64,000 bases of DNA, from assembly GCA_045808105.1 (NCBI GenBank), contig JBJMGC010000031.1, positions 854-64,853 on the forward strand, given 5' to 3'. The DNA comes from Acidobacteriaceae bacterium. Lineage in GTDB: Bacteria; Acidobacteriota; Terriglobia; Terriglobales; Acidobacteriaceae. The translations under genes and the position numbers were made by a program. The notes under the pieces are model-generated. The model worked only from the letters and a program-made list of their open reading frames with translations, made no database searches and was not told where the DNA came from. Positions 39,142 through 49,198 of this stretch are shown here, piece by piece (position 1 is the first letter of the stretch; each line of letters starts with the position of its first letter).

Positions 39142-40365
39142 ATGTTCACACGAGGAAGACCACTGCGTCTGGCCTACTTCGTCAGCCATCCCATCCAGTA
39201 CCAGGCGCCGCTGCTGCGACGGATCGCCCAGGAGCCGGACATCGAGCTGGAAGTCTTCTTCTCGAGCGACCACACGGTCCGCGGCTATGTAGACGAAGGA
39301 TTTGGCGTAAAGGTCGAGTGGGATGTCCCGCTCCTTGACGGATACCGCTCGTCGTTTCTGCCACGCTGGCGGGATGCAGGCAAGGAGCCTGGATTCGCGC
39401 GTCCGTTGAGCCGCGGAATATTTGCGGCACTGGAGCACGGACACTTTGACGCTGCCTGGAGCCATGGCTACAGCACGGCAAACAGTCTGCGGGTGATTGC
39501 CAGTGCTTCCATGCTCCGCATCCCCTTACTGCTTCGCGCCGAGTCGACGCTGCATGACCGTCCCCGCAACCGCGCGAAGCTTCTGGCGAAGGATCTTTTC
39601 TTCTGCGGACTACGACCCCAGGTGAGTGCGGTATTGGCCATTGGAGAAGCGAATGCCCGCTATTGGCGGCGCTATCTGGGCGAGGAGGTGCCGATCTTCC
39701 GTATGCCGTATGCCGTGGACAATGCCTTCTTCCAGCGCCGTGCGCACGAGGTCGCCCGGAGCCGCGATGCGCTGCGGACGGAACTGGGGCTTGAACCCGG
39801 GCGCGCTTTGATTCTGTTTGCTTCGAAGCTGCAGGAACGCAAGCGCTGCGCGGACCTGGTGGCGGCGCACAGGATGCTGAACGAACCGCGGCCATATCTA
39901 TTAATCGTCGGCGACGGCGAAGAAAGAGAAAATTTGGAGCGCCAGGCAAATGGCGATCCCGATGTGCGCTTTCTTGGATTCCGCAACCAGACGGAGCTGC
40001 CTCGATTTTTCCATCTGTGCAATGTCTTTGTGCTGCCATCGAGACATGAGCCGTGGGGTCTGGTGGTGAACGAGGCAATGAACGCCGGCAGGGCCGTCGT
40101 GGTCTCAGATGACGTGGGATGCCAGGAGGACCTTGTGCGGAATGGCGAAACGGGCGCGGTCTTTCCTGCAGGGGACGTTTCCGCGCTTGCTGCAGCGCTG
40201 CAGCGTGTGCTCGGTACGCCTGGGCTGGCAGCGAGAATGGGGGCTGCTGCGCGGGGGCGCATTGATCAATTCAGCTTCGAGCAAGACGTCGCCGGTCTGC
40301 GCCAGGCGCTGTCCTGGTGTGTCCCCGGCTTCCAGGCGGTTGCCGCGCAGGAGGAATCGATTTGA
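39142..40365 (+). CDS. Glycosyltransferase family 4
   Basis: HPIQYQ, LFASKL, LIVGDG, FVLPSRHEPWGLVVNEAM motifs. Confidence 0.93.
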   Translation: MFTRGRPLRLAYFVSHPIQYQAPLLRRIAQEPDIELEVFFSSDHTVRGYVDEGFGVKVEWDVPLLDGYRSSFLPRWRDAGKEPGFARPLSRGIFAALEHGHFDAAWSHGYSTANSLRVIASASMLRIPLLLRAESTLHDRPRNRAKLLAKDLFFCGLRPQVSAVLAIGEANARYWRRYLGEEVPIFRMPYAVDNAFFQRRAHEVARSRDALRTELGLEPGRALILFASKLQERKRCADLVAAHRMLNEPRPYLLIVGDGEERENLERQANGDPDVRFLGFRNQTELPRFFHLCNVFVLPSRHEPWGLVVNEAMNAGRAVVVSDDVGCQEDLVRNGETGAVFPAGDVSALAAALQRVLGTPGLAARMGAAARGRIDQFSFEQDVAGLRQALSWCVPGFQAVAAQEESI

Positions 40366-41207
40366 AGCGCGTCTCGGTTCTCATCCCAACGCTCAACGAG
40401 GAGCAGGATCTACCGGGCGCACTGGCTTCCGTTTCCTGGTCGGATGATGTGCATGTCTTCGATTCCTTCAGCACGGACGCGACCGTCTCGATCGCGGAGG
40501 GACTGGGGGCCAAGGTGTCCCAGCGGGCTTTCGACAACTATGCCGCGCATCGCAACGCCGCCTTGAATCAGACCCGCTTTCGCCACCCGTGGGTATTGCT
40601 GATGGATTCGGATGAGCGCTGCACGCCGGCTTTGGCCGAGGAGGTGCAGCGGGTGGCGGCCACCGATGATCCTGATATCGCTGCGTACCGTATTCGCCGC
40701 CGCGACTACTTCCAGAACCGCTGGCTGCGGCACGCGCAGATTTCTCCCTGGTACGTTCGCCTGGTCCGCCCCGAATTTGCCCACTACACGCGGGAGATCA
40801 ACGAGGTGCTCGAAATCGCTGGGATTGTTGGCGAACTCGATTCCGCCCTCGATCACTATCCCTTCTCAAAAGGTATGAGCCATTGGTTGCGCAAGCACGA
40901 TCTCTATTCGAGCATGGAGGCGCGGCTAATCGTCGACGGAGGCGGATTACAGAACCCGTCACTCCGGACAGCCCTGACGGGCAGAGACTTTCTAGAGAGA
41001 CGCCTGCATCAGAAGGCGCTCTTCTACCGTATGCCGGGCAGGCCGCTGTTGAAATGGCTCTACATGGTGTTTGCGCGACGCGCGTTCCTGGATGGACGGC
41101 CCGGGCTAACATATGCGCGCCTCCAGGCCATCTACGAGTACATGATCGTGCTGAAGACCCGCGAGCTGCGCGACCAGGCGGCCCTCGAAAGCGGCTCTCG
41201 CGATTGA
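40362..41207 (+). CDS. Glycosyltransferase family 2
   Basis: TTG start overlapping the upstream stop; SVLIPTLNEE, DSFSTD and MDSDE (DxD). Confidence 0.92.
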   Translation: MKRVSVLIPTLNEEQDLPGALASVSWSDDVHVFDSFSTDATVSIAEGLGAKVSQRAFDNYAAHRNAALNQTRFRHPWVLLMDSDERCTPALAEEVQRVAATDDPDIAAYRIRRRDYFQNRWLRHAQISPWYVRLVRPEFAHYTREINEVLEIAGIVGELDSALDHYPFSKGMSHWLRKHDLYSSMEARLIVDGGGLQNPSLRTALTGRDFLERRLHQKALFYRMPGRPLLKWLYMVFARRAFLDGRPGLTYARLQAIYEYMIVLKTRELRDQAALESGSRD

Positions 41208-41295
41208 TGCTAATGGGTGGATGCTATGCCCCTTTCGTGGTGCAAGAACTCTCTTGGGACTGCCCCGCGTACTGAGGTAGTATCGGAGGCACTGC

Positions 41296-41404
41296 TAGAG
41301 CATTTTTGGCTATGTGTGTCATCCGCGAGCGGCTCTCGGAGCGCCTTTCTTCACCGAAGGCTCAGAGAACACAGGCGGTTTACATCTGTTGCAGAAGTGA
41401 TCTA
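41296..41404. mobile_element. Degenerate MITE-like element with TAGAGCA-type terminal inverted repeats
   Basis: The left end TAGAGCATTTTT and the right end AGAAGTGATCTA match at 9/12 positions as an inverted repeat. Resembles the element at 59476-59621. Confidence 0.4.
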
Positions 41405-41536
41405 AGCCCGCAGCCATTTCCCGTACTCGCATTCCACGAACTTGCCTGGCGTGCTGGGGGCGATGCAGGCCCGCTGCAGTGGACGAACCGGGCGTGCCCG
41501 GCGAAGAGTTGAAGGGACGCCGGAGAGACGCCGCAA

Positions 41537-43780
41537 ATGGTGGATGCCTCGCATCAAGTAGCGCCGATCACAGTAGAGGCAGAAGGTCCGCTGGCGGCCG
41601 GTGGCGCCAAGGAAGGGCTCTCCCTATCTGAAATCGGGCGCATCCTTTTCAAATGGAAATGGCTGGTTCTTGCTTTCCTGCTTGTCGCCATTCTTCTGGG
41701 CTATGTGTATTCGAAGACCCGGGTGCCGCTGTATGAAGGCACCGCCACGATCGATCTCAATCCTTCCCAGACCAACATGGGTCTGAGCGACCTGATCCAG
41801 GAAAGCCTCTCCTCAGAGGATGTCCGCATACCGACGGAAGTTGCGCGCATGCAGAGCAATCTGGTGGTGTTTTACGCCATCCGGGAATTGGCGCAGCAGC
41901 ACCGCGGACCTTTTCCGAACGCCTTCGATCACCTGCCGCCGGACGCTGGCATGGATGCCTTTTCTCCGGTGCAGCTCCAGATCATGATCGGCTCGGTGAG
42001 GGGATCGCTGCGGATCGCTGCGGTCACCGGGACAGACATCATCTCGATCACGTATTACGATCCGCGTCCGCAGGTCGCTAAGGACGTGCCGAACACGCTC
42101 ATCGAGGTATATCTGAAGCGCAACCTCGACGATCACATGGAAGGCACGGGCCGTGTAACGCGGTGGCTCGCAAACGAAATGGAGGGCCTGAAACAGGAAG
42201 CTACCAACGCGCAGGCACGCCTTGGGCAGTATCAGAAAGAGCACAACCTGATCGACACAGGATCGGGTTCCGGTCCAAGCTCAGGACAGACCGAGAGCCT
42301 GGAACTGGACCGGCTGCGCGTCAGCAACAGCCAGGTCGCCAACGCACAGGCGGACCGTATCGTGCAAGAGGCTAAGCTGCGGCTGGCAGAGTCGAACGAT
42401 CCGGACTTGGTTGCCAGCGTCGCGCCCAGCTCTACGCTGATGACGCTCCGCGCTGAGCTGCTGAGCCTGACCGCGCAGTACAACCAACTAACGACGCGAT
42501 ATGGGCCCAATTACCCGCGTGTGCACGAACTGCACAACCAGATCGTCAGTGTGCAGAACCAGGTCGATAGCGAAATGCGCAACGTCCAGCAGCGCATCCG
42601 CGAGGAATACAACACCTCCACGCACGCGGCGGACCTGATGCGAGGGCAGCTCGATAAGCAGATGCAGCAAGCGTACAAGCTGAACGAGAGTGCAGCCCAA
42701 TACGCGTTGCTGCGCCAAGACGCGGAGTCCAGCCGGCAGCTTTACGATCAACTGCAGCTGAAGCTAAAGGAATCGAACCTCGCTGCGGGATTGAACACAG
42801 CTTCGGTAACGGTGATCGACGAAGCAATGCTGCCGCTGGGGCCGGTCTCGCCTGACGTGCGGACGAATGTCATGATTTCTGCTGCATTCGGGCTTCTGGT
42901 GGGAGTGCTTGTCGCCTTTATCTTGGATTCTCTTGACGACACCTTGCGGACCACAGACGATGTGGAACTGTTCTCGGGACTGCTTTCGATCGGAGCCATT
43001 CCTCACTTCCAGGCGGCGGCGAAAGCGGGACGGCCCGAAGATCTTGCCGAGGAGCCGGGCGAGCGGCGCCGGCTTGTCTCCATCACTGCTCCCGCTTCAC
43101 CCACGGCGGAAGCGTATCGCGCGTTGCGGTCTTCGATTCTGTTAAGCGCGATCGACAACCCGTTGCGCACGCTCGTGATCACCAGCGCATTTATGTCGGA
43201 AGGGAAGTCAACGCTTGCGGCAAACATCGCCGTGATGCTGGCACAGCGGGGTGAGCGCGTACTGATTGTCGACGCCGATCTGCGGCGCAGCACGTTGCAT
43301 CTGTTGTTCGGATTGCGGCGGCCACCGCAGGGGCTAACTAACCTGCTCAGCCGGCAGAGCGATGAGTCTGTGATTCTGCATCCAGTGTCTCAGGTGCCGA
43401 CGCTCGCCTATCTTCCTGCTGGCGCCGTGCCGCCCAATCCGGCGGAGCTGCTGGCTTCGCATCGCATGGCGGAGATGATGCGCCAGTGGTCGGAACAATA
43501 TGACCGGGTCATCATCGATACTGCGCCGATTCTGGCGATCTCGGATTCACTTGCACCCGCGGCGCGCGCAGATTCGGTGCTGCTGGTGGTCCGAGCCGGG
43601 GTGACCCGTAAGAAAGCGCTGATGCGCACGCGCGAGCTGCTGCGACGGGTGAACGCGCACCTGCTGGGCGCGGTCGTGAACGATATCGACATGCGCAAAG
43701 ACAGCTATTACAACTACTCCGGACCCTACACCTACGGTTATGGGTACACGAGCGAATCAGTGCATGAAGAGGTCAAGTAA
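41537..43780 (+). CDS. wzc: Polysaccharide co-polymerase / BY-kinase (Wzc/GumC)
   Basis: Two TMs flank a coiled-coil periplasmic domain; EAYRALR, Walker A SEGKST, IVDADLR, IIDTAP and a C-terminal Tyr cluster YYNYSGPYTYGYGY. Confidence 0.93.
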   Translation: MVDASHQVAPITVEAEGPLAAGGAKEGLSLSEIGRILFKWKWLVLAFLLVAILLGYVYSKTRVPLYEGTATIDLNPSQTNMGLSDLIQESLSSEDVRIPTEVARMQSNLVVFYAIRELAQQHRGPFPNAFDHLPPDAGMDAFSPVQLQIMIGSVRGSLRIAAVTGTDIISITYYDPRPQVAKDVPNTLIEVYLKRNLDDHMEGTGRVTRWLANEMEGLKQEATNAQARLGQYQKEHNLIDTGSGSGPSSGQTESLELDRLRVSNSQVANAQADRIVQEAKLRLAESNDPDLVASVAPSSTLMTLRAELLSLTAQYNQLTTRYGPNYPRVHELHNQIVSVQNQVDSEMRNVQQRIREEYNTSTHAADLMRGQLDKQMQQAYKLNESAAQYALLRQDAESSRQLYDQLQLKLKESNLAAGLNTASVTVIDEAMLPLGPVSPDVRTNVMISAAFGLLVGVLVAFILDSLDDTLRTTDDVELFSGLLSIGAIPHFQAAAKAGRPEDLAEEPGERRRLVSITAPASPTAEAYRALRSSILLSAIDNPLRTLVITSAFMSEGKSTLAANIAVMLAQRGERVLIVDADLRRSTLHLLFGLRRPPQGLTNLLSRQSDESVILHPVSQVPTLAYLPAGAVPPNPAELLASHRMAEMMRQWSEQYDRVIIDTAPILAISDSLAPAARADSVLLVVRAGVTRKKALMRTRELLRRVNAHLLGAVVNDIDMRKDSYYNYSGPYTYGYGYTSESVHEEVK

Positions 43781-44951
43781 ATTGCTGTTTCGAAGCTGGC
43801 GGTGTGCCGTGCTGGCGGCCATCTCTTTGGGGCTAGCGGCCGGTCCTGGCACACCTGTGATGTCTGGCCAAACGTTGGGTCAGCAGGTTGCGCCACAGCC
43901 GCTGGGCAGCAATGGCGGCGGGCAGTCTACCGGGGCAAGCGGTGCCGGTAACATTTACGGCCAACCCGGTTCTGGCCAGACCAACGGCGGACCGTCTACG
44001 AACAGTGGCTATGGCCAGCAAGCGCCGGGCGTGCCGATGAACCCGCCCGGCACCGGGCCGATGAACCAGGGCAGCGCGGGCGTGTTCGGGACGGGCATGG
44101 ATATTCCGCAGACCAGTCCGACGACGCAGATCACCGAAGGCGACCTGCTGGACATCGTGATCTTCGAGACTCCGGAGCTCTCCGGCCGCTTCCGAGTGAA
44201 TTTGAAAGGGGACATTCTGTTGCCGCTGGCAGGCACGCTGCACGTTGCGGGTCTGACACTCGCGGAGATCACGGACGCGGTGACCCAGCGCTACAAAGAT
44301 GCAAAAATCCTGGTCGCGCCGGAAGTGACTGTGTTCGTCGCGGAGTTCACTCGGCGCGCGATCACGATCAGCGGAGAGGTTCGTTCACCTGGCGTCTATT
44401 CGATCGCGGCGCCGCGCACGCTGGCCGATACAATAGCCATGGCTGGTGGCCTGAATGAATCGGCTTCCCGCACCGTGAGCGTCGTCCATGCGTCGGGTCC
44501 CAAGCAGATCATCCACGTTACGTTGAATGTTGGGGCGCAGACACCGGAGTCGATCGAGGAAGGGCAGATGGAAATTCTGCCCGGAGATCGCATCTTCGTG
44601 GCACGTTCGGGGGTGGTTTATCTGGTCGGCGAACTGCTGCGCCCGGGCGGATATCAAGTCGAGCACAACAATCGCCTCACATTGCTGGAGGCGCTCGCGC
44701 TGGCGGGGGGTGTGACGCGCACTGCAAAAGCGAGCCAGTCACGCCTGATCCGCCGCTCGCCGACGGGCCGGGAAGAGATGACAGTGGATCTGCAGAAGGT
44801 GCTCTACGGCGGAGGGCCAGACATGTTACTGACCGATGGCGACATTGTGTTTGTTCCTACTAGCATTCGTAAGACATACACGCAGCAGATCCTCACTGCA
44901 GCCATCGGCGCGGCGACCTCTTACGCCATTTATCGGATTGCGACGTACTAG
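43764..44951 (+). CDS. wza: Polysaccharide export protein (Wza/OPX; Poly_export plus SLBB domains)
   Basis: ITEGDLLDIVIF, GDILLPLAG, ISGEVRSPGVY, ILPGDRIFV, LTDGDIVFVP and a C-terminal helix. Confidence 0.88.
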   Translation: MKRSSKLLFRSWRCAVLAAISLGLAAGPGTPVMSGQTLGQQVAPQPLGSNGGGQSTGASGAGNIYGQPGSGQTNGGPSTNSGYGQQAPGVPMNPPGTGPMNQGSAGVFGTGMDIPQTSPTTQITEGDLLDIVIFETPELSGRFRVNLKGDILLPLAGTLHVAGLTLAEITDAVTQRYKDAKILVAPEVTVFVAEFTRRAITISGEVRSPGVYSIAAPRTLADTIAMAGGLNESASRTVSVVHASGPKQIIHVTLNVGAQTPESIEEGQMEILPGDRIFVARSGVVYLVGELLRPGGYQVEHNNRLTLLEALALAGGVTRTAKASQSRLIRRSPTGREEMTVDLQKVLYGGGPDMLLTDGDIVFVPTSIRKTYTQQILTAAIGAATSYAIYRIATY

Positions 44952-44993
44952 GCCGGCGATGACCTCTAATGATTTTTGAAAGACAACAGTGAC

Positions 44994-45884
44994 ATGCGCG
45001 TACTTCTGTTTGGAGGCAATGGGCAGGTGGGTCATGCATTCCAGAGGTGCTGGCCACCTTGCGACGAAACCGACGAGCTTGTTGTTTCGACGCGGGGGGA
45101 CTGCAACCTTGCGGACCAGGAGAGCGTGCGCGCACTGGTGCGCCGCGTTCGGCCGGATGTGATCGTGAACGCTGCGGCGTACACCGCTGTTGACAAAGCG
45201 GAGAGCGATCGTGAAATGTGCTTTGCCGTGAATGCGGCTGCGCCCATGGCTATGGCGGTGGAGGCAGTAGCAATAGGTGCCAAGCTGGTCCACTACTCGA
45301 CCGATTACGTTTTTGATGGAAGCAAGATGGACGGAAACAAGCCGGTACCCTACGTGGAAACGGATCCGACTGGCCCGCGAAATGTCTATGGCGCATCGAA
45401 GCTGGCGGGCGAACGGGGCATTGCCGAAGCCGGGGGCAAGTTCGTTATCCTGCGCACCAGCTGGGTGTATAGCAATCATGGAGCGAATTTTCTGAAGACC
45501 ATGCTTCGCGTGGGTGCTGAGCGGCCGGAGCTCCGGGTCGTCGCAGACCAACATGGCGCGCCCACATCGGCTTGGGCAATCGCGGATGCGACGCTGCGGA
45601 TTCTTAACCATGCCGACGCGGCAAACTGGACAAACGGGACATTTCATATGACGGCAGCGGGAGCGACGACGTGGTACGGATTTGCGAAGGCGATCTTTGC
45701 GCGTGCGGCGGGCCCAATGCCTTCGCTGGTGGCGATTGGGACTGCAGACTATCCGACACCCGCAACACGGCCGGCGAATTCCATACTCTCGAATGAGAAG
45801 TTCGCCCGCACGTTCGACTTTCGCCTTCCCGATTGGGAGCAGCAACTGGACGTGGTGATGAGCGCGGGAGCGATTGCCGGCTGA
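44994..45884 (+). CDS. rfbD: dTDP-4-dehydrorhamnose reductase
   Basis: GGNGQVG, NAAAYTAVDKAE, STDYVFDG, YGASK, RTSWVY and DQHGAPT motifs. Confidence 0.96.
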   Translation: MRVLLFGGNGQVGHAFQRCWPPCDETDELVVSTRGDCNLADQESVRALVRRVRPDVIVNAAAYTAVDKAESDREMCFAVNAAAPMAMAVEAVAIGAKLVHYSTDYVFDGSKMDGNKPVPYVETDPTGPRNVYGASKLAGERGIAEAGGKFVILRTSWVYSNHGANFLKTMLRVGAERPELRVVADQHGAPTSAWAIADATLRILNHADAANWTNGTFHMTAAGATTWYGFAKAIFARAAGPMPSLVAIGTADYPTPATRPANSILSNEKFARTFDFRLPDWEQQLDVVMSAGAIAG

Positions 45885-45885
45885 C

Positions 45886-46428
45886 ATGCAGATTCGTCCA
45901 ACAAATCTGGCTGGAGTGAAACTTCTCGAGCCGCGCGTCTTTGCCGATAGCCGGGGCTTTTTTCTGGAGAGTTACAACCGGCGGAGCTTCGCGGAGCTGG
46001 GAATCCACGAAGATTTCGTGCAGGACAATCATTCGCGATCGGAGCGGGGTGTTTTGCGCGGGCTGCACTACCAGCTGATCCAGCCTCAGGGCAAGCTGGT
46101 CCGGGCGGTGCGGGGGGAAATATTCGATGTCGCCGTTGATTTGCGGCGCAGCTCTCCTACCTTCGGTCAATGGACGGGACATCTGCTGAGCGAAGAGAAT
46201 AAGCAGATGCTCTGGATCCCGGCGGGTTTCGGCCATGGGTTCCTGGTGCTGTCGGCGATTGCCGAGGTGCTGTACAAGGCGACGGATTTTTATGCGCCGC
46301 AGGGTGAGCGCAGCGTGCTGTGGAACGACCCGCGGATCGGGATTCAATGGCCGGACGTGGGAACACCGGTGCTCTCGGCAAAGGACGCGGCGGGCAAGCC
46401 GCTGATGGATTCCGAGGTCTTCGTGTAG
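45886..46428 (+). CDS. rfbC: dTDP-4-dehydrorhamnose 3,5-epimerase
   Basis: DSRGFF, QDNHSRS, GVLRGLHYQ, DVAVDLR and GFGHGF motifs. Confidence 0.96.
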   Translation: MQIRPTNLAGVKLLEPRVFADSRGFFLESYNRRSFAELGIHEDFVQDNHSRSERGVLRGLHYQLIQPQGKLVRAVRGEIFDVAVDLRRSSPTFGQWTGHLLSEENKQMLWIPAGFGHGFLVLSAIAEVLYKATDFYAPQGERSVLWNDPRIGIQWPDVGTPVLSAKDAAGKPLMDSEVFV

Positions 46429-46489
46429 TGAAGTAAATAGTTGCAGTATCGCTCGTAAGTGACTGGAGAGTAATGATCAGGAGTTTTGC

Positions 46490-47584
46490 ATGAGTAGCCG
46501 TCTTCTGGTGACGGGCGGCGCCGGGTTCATTGGTGCGAATTTTGTGTTGGCCCGCATTGCGGCGGGCGACCAGGTGTTGAATCTGGACAAGCTGACCTAT
46601 GCCGGGAACCTGCAAAGCCTGGGGCCGGTGGAAACGGCTTCGGGCTACACGTTCGTGCGCGGCGACATTGCGGATCGCGAGTTGGTGGGGCGGCTGCTGG
46701 CGGAGTACCGGCCGGATGCCGTGGTGCACTTCGCCGCGGAGAGCCATGTGGACCGGTCGATTCTGGGACCCGAGGCGTTCGTGATGACCAACGTCGTCGG
46801 GAGTTTCCGCTTGCTGGACGCGACGCTTGAGCATTGGCGCTCGCTCGACGCCGCGGCAGGGGAGAGGTTCCGATTCCTGCACGTTTCGACGGACGAGGTG
46901 TATGGTTCGCTTGCGCCCTCCGACCCTGCGTTCCACGAGAACACACCGTACAGCCCAAACAGCCCGTATTCGGCATCCAAGGCAGCCAGCGATCACCTCG
47001 TACGCGCCTACTTTCACACCTACGGACTGCCGACGCTGACCACGAACTGCTCGAATAATTATGGCCCGCTGCAGTTTCCAGAAAAGCTGATTCCGCTGAT
47101 GGTGCTGAACGCGCTGCGCGGCAAGCCGCTGCCGGTCTATGGGGACGGGCTGAATGTGCGCGACTGGCTCTACGTAGGCGACCACTGCTCGGCCATTGCG
47201 GCGGTGCTGGCCAAGGGGCGGCCGGGCGAGACCTACAACATCGGCGGGCTGAACGAAATGGCGAACATCGTCGTCGTCCAGACGATTTGCGACATTCTCG
47301 ATGAGGTGCGGCCCGGAGCAGGTTCGCGGCGCGAATTGATCACGTATGTAAAAGACCGTCCCGGCCATGACCGCCGTTATGCGATCGACTGCGGGAAGAT
47401 CACTGCCGAGCTTGGCTGGAAGCCCGAGGAGAGCTTTTCGAGCGGAATTCGCAAGACCATCGCCTGGTATCTCGAGAACATGCCATGGGTGGAAGCGATC
47501 ACCAGCGGCGCCTATCGCGAATGGATTGACCGAAACTACGCCGGGCGTGAGACGCAGACCGCTACAGCCGGGAGTGCACAGTGA
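46490..47584 (+). CDS. rfbB: dTDP-glucose 4,6-dehydratase
   Basis: [42 protein letters not shown] and DRPGHDRRY motifs. Confidence 0.97.
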   Translation: MSSRLLVTGGAGFIGANFVLARIAAGDQVLNLDKLTYAGNLQSLGPVETASGYTFVRGDIADRELVGRLLAEYRPDAVVHFAAESHVDRSILGPEAFVMTNVVGSFRLLDATLEHWRSLDAAAGERFRFLHVSTDEVYGSLAPSDPAFHENTPYSPNSPYSASKAASDHLVRAYFHTYGLPTLTTNCSNNYGPLQFPEKLIPLMVLNALRGKPLPVYGDGLNVRDWLYVGDHCSAIAAVLAKGRPGETYNIGGLNEMANIVVVQTICDILDEVRPGAGSRRELITYVKDRPGHDRRYAIDCGKITAELGWKPEESFSSGIRKTIAWYLENMPWVEAITSGAYREWIDRNYAGRETQTATAGSAQ

Positions 47585-48468
47585 AGGGCATCATTCTGGC
47601 TGGCGGATCGGGTACCCGGCTGTATCCGGTGACGCTTGCGGTCTCCAAGCAGCTTGTCCCGGTCTATGACAAGCCGATGATTTATTTCCCGCTGAGCACG
47701 CTGATGCTTGCGGGCATTCGGGAGATTCTGGTGATCTCCACTCCGCACGATCTACCCAGCTTCCGGAATCTGCTGCGGGACGGCAGCCAATGGGGACTCT
47801 CGATCTCTTATGCGGAGCAGCCGAAGCCGGACGGGCTGGCGCAGGCCTTTCTGATTGGCGAGGCATTCGTTGCGGGAGAGCCGTGCGCGCTCGTGTTGGG
47901 CGACAATATTTTCCATGGCCACGATCTGGCCACCATGGTGCAGGAGGCTGCGAAGACGAGGGATGGCGCGGTAGTGTTCGCGTATCCGGTACAGAATCCG
48001 GAGGCGTACGGAGTGGTGGAGTTCGACGGTCAGGGAAATGCCATAAGCCTCGAAGAGAAGCCGGCAAAACCGAAGTCGCGCCATGCGGTGACGGGACTGT
48101 ACTTTTACGATGGCAAGGTGGTGGAGTATGCGAAGACGCTGAAGCCGTCGGCACGTGGCGAGCTCGAAATCACCGATTTGAATCGTGTTTACATGCAGAA
48201 GGGCAAGCTGCGGGTGCGATGTTTTGGCCGCGGTATGGCGTGGCTGGACACTGGCACCCATGATTCGATGCTGGATGCGTCGATGTTCATCGCGACGCTG
48301 GAGAAGCGACAGGGACTGAAGATTGCATGTCCAGAGGAAGTGGCCTACCGGATGGGATACATCTCGGCCGCCGAGCTAGCGTCCCTGGCAACCCCGCTGT
48401 TGAAAAGCGGTTACGGAACGTATCTCTTGCAGATCTTGAATGAGGCAGCGACGCCGGTGATGGATTAG
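47581..48468 (+). CDS. rfbA: Glucose-1-phosphate thymidylyltransferase
   Basis: [36 protein letters not shown] and WLDTGT motifs. Confidence 0.97.
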   Translation: MKGIILAGGSGTRLYPVTLAVSKQLVPVYDKPMIYFPLSTLMLAGIREILVISTPHDLPSFRNLLRDGSQWGLSISYAEQPKPDGLAQAFLIGEAFVAGEPCALVLGDNIFHGHDLATMVQEAAKTRDGAVVFAYPVQNPEAYGVVEFDGQGNAISLEEKPAKPKSRHAVTGLYFYDGKVVEYAKTLKPSARGELEITDLNRVYMQKGKLRVRCFGRGMAWLDTGTHDSMLDASMFIATLEKRQGLKIACPEEVAYRMGYISAAELASLATPLLKSGYGTYLLQILNEAATPVMD

Positions 48469-48475
48469 CCGGCGG

Positions 48476-49168
48476 ATGGAAGGTAGCATTGCAATGATGA
48501 GCGACTCACCGACAGCAACGGACGTCCTTGGGGCCTCAGACGGCGCGCTGGATAGGGCGGGTCGTGGAATGGAGAATGCGGGAATGGAGCATGCCGGATT
48601 CTCCCGTGCCGGGGTGGACCTTTCGAGCTACCGGAAGATCGGGCGGCCGGGCGAGTTGATTCGCCGCGCGCTGTGGGAGTGTGCGCAACTGCCCTTCTAT
48701 CCGCTGCGCCCTCGTGCCCTGAGCGGGTTGCGCGTGGCGCTGCTGCGGATGTTCGGAGCAAAGATCGGAAAGAATGTGCTGATCTGCGGTGGCGTGCGGG
48801 TGCACGTGCCCTGGAACCTGGAGTTGGGCGATTACGTCGCGATTGGCGACAAGGTGGAGATTTACAATCTGGCGCCGATTCGTATCGGTGAGCACACCAC
48901 AGTCTCCCAGCACGCATATCTGTGCGGCTCCAGCCACGATTACACGCAGTCGGACTTTCCGCTTTACTCGCGGCCGATCACCATCGGTGCGCAGGCATGG
49001 ATAGCGGCGGGAGCTTTTATCGCGCCTGGAGTGACAGTTGGCGAGGGCAGCGTGATTGGAGCGCGGTCGGTGGTTCTGCGGGATATTCCGCCGTGGACGG
49101 TAGCCGCGGGGAACCCATGCAGGCTCATCAAGCCGCGCGAAATTCGTCGCGGCGGTGATTCTGGCTGA
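48476..49168 (+). CDS. WcaF-like polysaccharide O-acetyltransferase (hexapeptide repeat)
   Basis: LLRMFGAKIG, PWNLELGD, SQHAYLCGSSHDY and GNPC motifs. The start may be further downstream. Confidence 0.88.
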   Translation: MEGSIAMMSDSPTATDVLGASDGALDRAGRGMENAGMEHAGFSRAGVDLSSYRKIGRPGELIRRALWECAQLPFYPLRPRALSGLRVALLRMFGAKIGKNVLICGGVRVHVPWNLELGDYVAIGDKVEIYNLAPIRIGEHTTVSQHAYLCGSSHDYTQSDFPLYSRPITIGAQAWIAAGAFIAPGVTVGEGSVIGARSVVLRDIPPWTVAAGNPCRLIKPREIRRGGDSG

Positions 49169-49198
49169 TGGCAATTCTATCCATCCGGTGAACGCGCG

